A stretch of 32,000 bases of DNA from an archaeon. GTDB lineage: Archaea > Asgardarchaeota > Thorarchaeia > Thorarchaeales > Thorarchaeaceae. Both the position numbers and the translations under genes were made by a program. Below are positions 25,443-32,000 of this stretch, piece after piece. The stretch's first letter is position 1. Every line of letters begins with the position of its first letter. The notes under the pieces are model-generated. The model made no database searches. It had not been told where the DNA came from and saw only the letters and a program-made list of their open reading frames with translations. The stretch spans positions 1-32,000 of the forward strand of contig JAJRZD010000005.1 in assembly GCA_024275415.1 (NCBI GenBank), read 5' to 3'.

Positions 25443-26615
25443 TTGCCCCTGAATAATACGAATATCGTAAGTGGTGCTCAAACTAAGTTCGGCGCTCTGA
25501 AAGGAATTAGTTTGAGAGAGATGTTTGCTGAGGCTGTCGATAAGGCAACAGCTGATGCTGGCATCCCAAAGGAGGATATACAAGCAGCCTTCATAGGAAC
25601 TTTCATTCCTGAGATGCTTGTACATCAAGGACACACTGCACCTCTGCTTCTGGATTTTGCTGGGCTGAAAGGCATTCCAGCCACACGACATGAGGCTGCT
25701 TGTGCGTCAGGTGCGACTGCTCTACGGGCTGGTATCATGGCCATCGAATCGGGTCTGTATGATACCGTCCTCGTGGCTGGAGCAGAGAAGATGACCTCTG
25801 TATCTACGAACAAGGTGACCGAGGCTCTGGCTGCCGCTGCAGATGATGACTTCGAGTCTGCTGTTGGCCTTACATTCCCTGGCGTCTTTGGAATGGCTGC
25901 TGTGGCTCACATGGACAAGTATGGCACAACTGAAGAGGACATGGCTCGTGTGGCAGTGAAGGCGCACAAGAATGGAGCAAAGAATCCCTTGGCGCAGTTC
26001 CAGAAAGAGATTACCCTCGAAAAAGCGATGACTCCGAGGTACATCGCGTGGCCATTGAAGCTGTTCGACTGTTCGCCTATTTCTGACGGGGCTGCAGCAC
26101 TTGTGCTCACATCAAACGAGAAGGCAAAGGAGTACACAGACCTACCTGTCAAGATTGTTGGCACCGGGCAGGCGTCAGCCTCCATGAATCTCTGTGATCG
26201 TGACCAGCTAGCATCATTCGAAGCATCGGTGAAGGCTAGCCGGGCCGCTTACGAAATGGCAGGGCTGAGCCCGAAGGACATGGACTTTGCAGTTGTCCAC
26301 GACTGCTTCACCATTGCGGAGATAATCGCGTCTGAGGACATCGGGTTCTTTGAGCCAGGTACGGGCGCAAAGGCTGTCGAGGATGGCATCACAGCTATGG
26401 ACGGTGACAAACCTATCAACCCGATGGGTGGGCTGAAGGCAGTTGGACACCCCGTTGGAGCAACTGGAGTGAAACAGGCTGTCGTCATATACCGTGAACT
26501 GATAGGTGACGCGGGAGCGAACCAGATTCCCAAGCACGATGTGGGCCTTATGCATAACTTTGGGGGGACTGGTGCGACCTGTGTCGTCAATATCATGAGG
26601 AGGTCAGACGCATGA
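25443..26615 (+). CDS. Archaeal-type thiolase (acetyl-CoA C-acyltransferase)
   Basis: EAACASG (catalytic Cys), AGAEKM, DCSPISDGAAA, VHDCF, GHPVGATG. TTG start after GGGAG. Confidence 0.93.
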   Translation: MPLNNTNIVSGAQTKFGALKGISLREMFAEAVDKATADAGIPKEDIQAAFIGTFIPEMLVHQGHTAPLLLDFAGLKGIPATRHEAACASGATALRAGIMAIESGLYDTVLVAGAEKMTSVSTNKVTEALAAAADDDFESAVGLTFPGVFGMAAVAHMDKYGTTEEDMARVAVKAHKNGAKNPLAQFQKEITLEKAMTPRYIAWPLKLFDCSPISDGAAALVLTSNEKAKEYTDLPVKIVGTGQASASMNLCDRDQLASFEASVKASRAAYEMAGLSPKDMDFAVVHDCFTIAEIIASEDIGFFEPGTGAKAVEDGITAMDGDKPINPMGGLKAVGHPVGATGVKQAVVIYRELIGDAGANQIPKHDVGLMHNFGGTGATCVVNIMRRSDA

Positions 26616-27007
26616 ACGACGAATCAAAGCCAACAGTAGAGGCATACAAGCAATACATCGAGAGTGAGGATTTCCATGCCTACAAATGTGTAGATTGTGG
26701 AGCCGTCATCGCACCTCCATCAGGCACTTGCTATGCCTGTGGAAGCAACAAGATGGAATGGACCACCGTGAAGGGCACCGGAAAACTCGTCGCATTCACT
26801 GTGATTCATATTGCACCCGAGGCGTTTAAGGCTGAAGCACCATACTATGTCGGGATAATCGAACTCGATGAAGGCACAAGGATCACCGGTAGGCTCAAGG
26901 GCTTTGATACCAATCATCCTGAAGAGGTATCCCTCGGTAGCCGAGTAGTCTTGGACTACGAACATGGTGAATCGGGAAACACCTATTTGGCGTTCCGACC
27001 TGAATAG
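26612..27007 (+). CDS. DUF35 / ChsH2-like Zn-ribbon plus OB-fold protein
   Basis: CVDC...PP...CYAC, GKLVAFTVIH, PYYVGIIELDEG; ATGA overlap with the thiolase stop. Confidence 0.9.
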   Translation: MNDESKPTVEAYKQYIESEDFHAYKCVDCGAVIAPPSGTCYACGSNKMEWTTVKGTGKLVAFTVIHIAPEAFKAEAPYYVGIIELDEGTRITGRLKGFDTNHPEEVSLGSRVVLDYEHGESGNTYLAFRPE

Positions 27008-27021
27008 TTCAGAATACCGCA

Positions 27022-28050
27022 GTGGCGTTCCTGTTAAAAGGCGTCATTGCCATTCTCCGTATGGAGTACAAGGTTTGTGGCTATATGGTCGAGAAGAAGT
27101 TCCGTCATTTGATCGCTGTGTCCCCTGAATCAACGTCTTTCAAGAATGTTGATAGAAATCTGGTCGCTTGGTATGATGAGGATCTTCTACAAAAACACTT
27201 GCCTCCCACCGCAGGGGTCACGACCGCTGACGGTTTACTTGCGAAGAGTCTATCAAACTATCTGCCAGAGGAAACAGTAGATGCATTGAACGCGACTGAT
27301 TTTGTTGGCGTATTCGGGAGAATTGTCCAGCGCAAGGATCAAAAAGGGCCGCTCTGTCTGCAATACCTCTATGTCTGGGACTATCAGGCTGTGCCTGTCC
27401 ACGAGGGCGATTATGAGCCTATCTATGTCTATGTGGATGGTCACGACCGGTATGCGATATACGACCTCGTCCACTATTGTACCAGAAGGATTGACCTTGG
27501 CAAAACGGGAAAAGACGGCCCCGGACTTCGGGTCGTCCCCGGTTGGCATTCATTTCTGCCTGCCACATTGAAAACCTCTGTGGTCGATAAAGGGCTGGAA
27601 GTCAAGCCGTTGTCAGATCAGCACTTGGAGTCATGGTGGAACATTCCCGAAGACCACCCTCGACTAAAGATCAAAGGTTTCATCACGGATCCGTTCAGGT
27701 TGAAAGCTCCTGGGCATTTCATGGACGAACCCGACGAAGAAGCTCGTACTATGTGCTGCACTTTCAAGGAGTTGGAGAGTGCGTTCAAAGAATTCGAGAA
27801 TCCTAGAGAAGCGCTCATAGAGGGACTGAAGAGAGCCTTCTCTGGATGTATAGGAATATTCGCATTACATCGACTGTCTACCTTCATCTCCCTCATGGGC
27901 GAGATGGACAATGTTGGGATGATACGGATTCCATCTGCTCTCAGGTCTGGGCTGAACATCGCTAACATCGGAACCTTGCTTTCAGAGGGGTTTGCATCCC
28001 TGACCGAAGGAGGCAAGAATCTCCTATCAGGGTTCAGAAACTCTGAGTGA
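27022..28050 (+). CDS. Uncharacterised protein with Vps62/NPP1-like motif (HEGDYE) and possible C-terminal winged helix
   Basis: 342-aa ORF filling the gap: LQYLYVWDYQ...HEGDYEPIYVYV...YAIYDLVH...PGWHSF; ends GFASLTEGGKNLL. The start may be ATG 27061 or 27085. Confidence 0.6.
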   Translation: MAFLLKGVIAILRMEYKVCGYMVEKKFRHLIAVSPESTSFKNVDRNLVAWYDEDLLQKHLPPTAGVTTADGLLAKSLSNYLPEETVDALNATDFVGVFGRIVQRKDQKGPLCLQYLYVWDYQAVPVHEGDYEPIYVYVDGHDRYAIYDLVHYCTRRIDLGKTGKDGPGLRVVPGWHSFLPATLKTSVVDKGLEVKPLSDQHLESWWNIPEDHPRLKIKGFITDPFRLKAPGHFMDEPDEEARTMCCTFKELESAFKEFENPREALIEGLKRAFSGCIGIFALHRLSTFISLMGEMDNVGMIRIPSALRSGLNIANIGTLLSEGFASLTEGGKNLLSGFRNSE

Positions 28051-28054
28051 TATC

Positions 28055-28810
28055 TCACACGCTGGAATGCTCTTCTATTGGATAACGTTCACCCAGTCCC
28101 AGAAACTTGAACCTTCCCCAATCCCCTCTAATGACTAGATACACTGCAATAAGCAACGCCAGCAACGCGATGACCTCGATTGACTTCGATATCTGACTAG
28201 TAGGGTTCCCAATCACTATAGACTCCACGAATGACAGTCCTAGCCGTCCTGCCCAAGCGATTGCGATTAGGAACATACATTTTCCGATGAACTGTGGGAC
28301 TATCACCTTTCGCATGGGATACCCTGTCAATCCCAATGGGATTATGACTACATCATCTGGTAAGGGTGTCACTGCAAGGAACCAAAGGACTATCGGTGTC
28401 ATCCTTGGATATCTATGAATGAGATCAAGGAATCGACTGCGCTGTTCCTGATGGACAAACCTTGCGCCGAAGCGTCCAAGAAGGTATCCTGTCATCTCGC
28501 CTAGGGTCGCTCCTATCCCGCTGACAATCCCGAGCAGCCATGGGTCAAAGAGGAATGGGCCTGCAACTCCCGCGTTTGCCCCACCTAGAAGAAAGATGAC
28601 GGCGATGTAGGGGAAAGGGAACAGCACTGTGACATTCCCCATGAACGAAACAAGGAATGCCCCTGGATATCCAATCAACAGGGAAAGACCCTGGATCCAA
28701 TAGTACATGCCTACCAGCGGTCCGGTCAGGTCTTCAAAGACAATGATGATGACCCAATATATTGCGATGATAAGAACTGAAAGGAGCATGCCAATGTCGA
28801 TTCGTTTCAT
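28055..28810 (-). CDS. DedA/VTT-domain (SNARE-associated Golgi protein family) membrane protein
   Basis: SFMGNVTVLFPFP, GATLGEMTGYLLGR, TPLPDDVVIIPLGL, FIGK. ATG 28810 follows AGGAG. Confidence 0.86.
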   Translation of the reverse strand: MKRIDIGMLLSVLIIAIYWVIIIVFEDLTGPLVGMYYWIQGLSLLIGYPGAFLVSFMGNVTVLFPFPYIAVIFLLGGANAGVAGPFLFDPWLLGIVSGIGATLGEMTGYLLGRFGARFVHQEQRSRFLDLIHRYPRMTPIVLWFLAVTPLPDDVVIIPLGLTGYPMRKVIVPQFIGKCMFLIAIAWAGRLGLSFVESIVIGNPTSQISKSIEVIALLALLIAVYLVIRGDWGRFKFLGLGERYPIEEHSSV

Positions 28811-28915
28811 GTATCTCCTGATGGGAAAACGTGTGGTGGTTTTGTCTTTTTCCCTCGTCCCAATCTTTGACAACCTTAAGTAGCTGATTGATAACCAATT
28901 AGTAAAGGCGATTGA

Positions 28916-30175
28916 ATGAGATTGGAACTGGCATTTGGAAAAGGATTCCTTCCACTCGAACTCGAAATGCATCATAAGGTGGAAACCGTCACACCCAAGT
29001 CAGCGGAGCGTATCCCCAATACTGCCCTCACAATCCACCAGAACATTGCAAGCCATTCCTCTTTCAGGACTTGCCTACAAGAGAATGATGGAGAACCCAT
29101 CACTCTAGTTATAGATAATCCCCAACGCATCGTAAACATCCAAGAAATCATAACGGGAATAATTGAGACCTTGGGCACACTGAATCACTCCTCTCGTGAT
29201 GTATTGGTTCTTGTCACATTCGACAATCCAAACAGCAAGCGGTCAACACAGACCGTTCATCTGCTCAGGAAGGCATTACCCCCTGCGGCTCGCTTGAAAG
29301 TGCATGACCCCGAGAATGATAACCTACTCTTCTTTGCTGGGAACGAACCCGAATCTAACATCCCTGTCTTTCTAAGTGCTGAATACGTACAATCCTCTAT
29401 TAAGATGGTCGTTGGTTCTATCATGCAGAGTGCTTTTACAGGAGTCGCTGGCGGGCCGTTTTCTATCAGTCATGGTCTAGGTGGTGGTAAAACCCGATAT
29501 TATCTGGACAAAGCCATTCTACAATACGAGTCAGCTCCATTCCAGATTGATCCCCAGTACCAATCTCTTCTCTACTCTGTTCTAGCATTTGCTCCACCTG
29601 ACCTGTGTTTGAACATTGTTCAGGATTTCAAGGGGACGACAGCTCATATTACAGCAGGGACTGTAGAAGATACCACTCGCGAGTCCAAGCAGATCGCTCG
29701 CGACCTCTCTTCAACACCCCTCAAGAAACGTTACGATGCGGCAATCGTCTGCGCAGGAGGGAGCGGTTTTGATGTGACACTATATGAGGCATGTGAGAGT
29801 CTCTATTCTGGCTTTCTGGCTACGAGAAACGGCGGCTCAATCTTGCTAGTCGCAGAGTGTGATGAAGGTGTGGGCCCCACTGGTTTTTTGGATGCGTTGA
29901 GTACTACGCGATCCGAACACGAAATCCGAATCATGGCAAAGAACCATTTCAAACCAGGGATGTAACGGGCATTGTTCATGCGGCGAGTGTTGGACTCTAG
30001 GAATGTCATCCTATGCACACGGCTGGCGACTAAGACTGCTGAGAACCGTCTTGGATGTATCTCTGTACGTGACCCTCAGGACGGACTCGATGTCATAATG
30101 CGACTAACCGGAACCAACCCTAGCATTCTCTTATTGCCCAATGCTCCATTTGTGAATCCGATTGAAAACGTCTGA
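28916..30175 (+). pseudogene. LarA (Ni-pincer lactate racemase) domain homolog, catalytically degenerate, with in-frame TAA at 29963-29965
   Basis: MRLELAFGKG start; HDPE; YDAAIVCAGG...DVTLYEA...GGSILLVAECDEGVG. After FKPGM* the same frame continues RALFMRRVL...LLLPNAPFVNP to 30175, completing a LarA-length protein. Confidence 0.7.
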
Positions 30176-30186
30176 CACGATGTTTT

Positions 30187-30630
30187 CTATTTCTTCTTTT
30201 TTGAGGTGGTCTTCTTTGTCTTAGCCTTTGGTTTTGCAGGGGTTTTGGTCTTGGGTTTTGCCTTTGTCTTAGTTTTCGCCTTCGACTTGGTGGTACTCTT
30301 CTTCTTCTTCTCGGCTTCTCTCTCTATCTCTTGCTCATCCATAAGGGCGTCCACAGCATCGAGAGCTTCTTTTGCTTCAGACTCCGAGAAACCCTCAAGA
30401 TCCCCTGGCTTTCCAATCCTGATTGTCACTATCGCGTTCTCTCCGCGCGGACGCATTTCCCAATACATTTCCAATCCAGGCTCATCTGACATGAATTGTC
30501 CCAGCATTTCGGTCCACGCGTTCTTCACGTCATCAATGTTCGTGTACAAGAATTCCATGAGAGGGATTGATATCTCGACGTTCAGGACCTTTCCATCGAC
30601 TATGTGATAGTTCTCAATGTCCCAAGGCAT
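30187..30630 (-). CDS. Uncharacterised protein: acidic globular domain plus Lys/Thr/Ala/Pro-rich basic tail
   Basis: 147 aa ending KKKKSTTKSKAKTKTKAKPKTKTPAKPKAKTKKTTSKKKK; lies 68 nt downstream of the longin membrane protein on the same strand. Confidence 0.72.
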   Translation of the reverse strand: MPWDIENYHIVDGKVLNVEISIPLMEFLYTNIDDVKNAWTEMLGQFMSDEPGLEMYWEMRPRGENAIVTIRIGKPGDLEGFSESEAKEALDAVDALMDEQEIEREAEKKKKSTTKSKAKTKTKAKPKTKTPAKPKAKTKKTTSKKKK

Positions 30631-30698
30631 TTCAATGTCCCTTCAGGATAATTGGCTGCAAGACCAATTGATAAGTGTTCTTTGCTCGGTTTGTCCAT

Positions 30699-32000
30699 CT
30701 ACTCTGAAACATCATCTTTCTTGTCTTTCTTGAGAAGCGACTCCACCTCTGCAATGAATTCATCCTTCGGATCCACTCTCTCTTTTTGTTCGGTTTTCTT
30801 CCTTTTCTTGGCAGGTTTTTTCTTTGCTGGTGCTTCGTCCGGCTCAGAGATAGTGTCTGCTTCAATCTCTTCGTCAAGAGTGGTCTCTTCTGATTCGGGG
30901 ACTGTCGTAGCTAGTTCCATGTCATGAACATCGGTCAATCCCATGCCCTGTCGTTGTAATATCGTATGGATACCGATGGGTGTGATGATCCCTTTCTCAG
31001 CCATGCTCATGAAAATGTCCAGAACTTCCATTTCTGACTTGTTGAGCAGGTTGGCCACAGGAGCAAGATAGTCTTTCACCTCAAACTCGGTCTGGTCACC
31101 AAGAGAGGCTTGGACATACTTGAACACCCTCATCTCATCCTTCTCTCCCTTGACTGAAGGGTTAAGGGTGTGAGGAATCATCATTTGATAGTTCAGTACT
31201 GTGTAGAGATTTGACACGATCCATTCGGGGTTGAAACAATCGACCAGTCCAGTCCACTTGGCTAGGTCATTCTTGTACTGTGACTCGAAGAGTTCGACGA
31301 AGAACTGCAAGCGGTCTCGTACCTCCTGAGTGATGCTAGAGTCACCAATCAATATCGCAAGGCAGTTCTCTCCTACCCTACTGTTTAGAATGAGGCCCTG
31401 ATAGTTGATTTCCTCAAGAGTGCCCATCTCGCCATTCTGTTTTATCTCACCATACATACTTGTTATGGCAGAGATGAACCCACTGATGAGGTCTGCCTGT
31501 ATCCTCGACTCACCAAAGGGGTGGTAGAAAAGGCATGTCCCTCGACCTCTGTAGACTATCATAAAGTGTCGTAGTGATGCGAGGATGTTGAAGTAGTCAT
31601 ATTGTGCCTTTTTACTGGCGAACATCTTTGCGCGGGACGCCCTGCTTCGTTTGGCCAATAACACTCCTGCAATAAGTCCCCCTAGCATCAAATAGAACAG
31701 TGGGTTATAGAATAGTGATAGTATCTGTATCACCATAACGCCAACTGGGTCTGCTATCACTTCTCGTGTGAGTGTACTTGTGGACATTGGCCACAGGTCA
31801 CGCCTCCCGTGGTACTTTACTACGACGGAAACGGAGGTGGCAGTGCCTTCTTCTTCTGGGACGACATAGCTGAGTTCAGCGACCCCGTTACTGTCCGTGA
31901 CACGGCTCAACGTGACGGTCAGGTTGTGGTCGTCCTCGAAGGTGACAGTGATGACGAACTCCACGGTCTCGTCTTCTAGGGGCTGCTGGACCCCGTCGAG
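30699..32000 (-). CDS. 5'-truncated single-pass membrane protein: extracellular Ig-like beta domain, TM, cytoplasmic longin-like domain, probable winged helix, charged tail
   Basis: Frame open to the window edge (LDGVQQPLEDETVEF...). VTDSNGVAELSY is Big/Ig-like; TM LFYLMLGGLIAGVLLAKRSR; longin LRHFMIVYRGRGTCLF...DLISGFISAITSM...LEEINYQG; then EVLDIFMSMAEKGIITPI. Confidence 0.8.
   Translation of the reverse strand, partial: LDGVQQPLEDETVEFVITVTFEDDHNLTVTLSRVTDSNGVAELSYVVPEEEGTATSVSVVVKYHGRRDLWPMSTSTLTREVIADPVGVMVIQILSLFYNPLFYLMLGGLIAGVLLAKRSRASRAKMFASKKAQYDYFNILASLRHFMIVYRGRGTCLFYHPFGESRIQADLISGFISAITSMYGEIKQNGEMGTLEEINYQGLILNSRVGENCLAILIGDSSITQEVRDRLQFFVELFESQYKNDLAKWTGLVDCFNPEWIVSNLYTVLNYQMMIPHTLNPSVKGEKDEMRVFKYVQASLGDQTEFEVKDYLAPVANLLNKSEMEVLDIFMSMAEKGIITPIGIHTILQRQGMGLTDVHDMELATTVPESEETTLDEEIEADTISEPDEAPAKKKPAKKRKKTEQKERVDPKDEFIAEVESLLKKDKKDDVSE

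Noticed and set aside
9761-30175. Genome-wide stop-codon reassignment (TAG/TAA read as sense) explaining the three in-frame stops
   Set aside because: Well-defined genes end at their expected C-termini with TAA (preA) and TAG (mmsA, MFS, MBL hydrolase, acyl-CoA dehydrogenase, synthase); the interrupted genes use two different stops.
30206-30607. Hydrophobic plus-strand ORF resembling a membrane protein
   Set aside because: It is the antisense reading of the Lys-rich tail (AAA/AAG codons give Phe/Leu on the other strand).
30187-30630. Basic-tail protein as a histone or ribosomal protein
   Set aside because: The globular part is acidic and shows no histone-fold or ribosomal-protein motif that I recognise; only the tail composition is H1-like.
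1-32000. Transposases, integrases, prophage or terminal inverted repeats
   Set aside because: No DDE, tyrosine/serine recombinase, HUH or capsid-like ORF and no paired terminal repeats were seen.

Overview
Gene-dense archaeal chromosomal window, most likely from an Asgard archaeon, possibly Thorarchaeia. This is an inference from three longin-like domains, Ca-binding DxDxDG repeat surface proteins, an archaeal thiolase-DUF35 pair, GGAGG/GGTGA ribosome-binding sites and several TTG starts. Recognisable metabolism: preA-mmsA (reductive pyrimidine catabolism), MFS transporter, MBL hydrolase, membrane-anchored M28 peptidase, glutamine-dependent NadE, OsmC, gamma carbonic anhydrase, SAM methyltransferase, short LeuA/homocitrate-synthase-type enzyme, nitroreductase, acyl-CoA dehydrogenase, thiolase plus DUF35, DedA/VTT protein. 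I found no rRNA, tRNA, CRISPR array or transposase. The most interesting parts are: (i) three different longin-like architectures (TPR-longin, a stand-alone Cys/His-decorated longin, and an Ig-TM-longin-wHTH receptor-like protein), two of them in a TPR-rich cluster; (ii) an unannotated protein with a collinear Vps62/NPP1-like motif set (HEGDYE); (iii) a hendecad/heptad repeat coiled coil fused to a PD-(D/E)XK-type domain; (iv) a LarA homolog lacking its catalytic residues; (v) about six damaged genes or remnants, three of them not properly shown by the ORF track (MNT nucleotidyltransferase, M24 peptidase, internally deleted OsmC paralog). All family calls come from motif recognition by eye; no database search was run.
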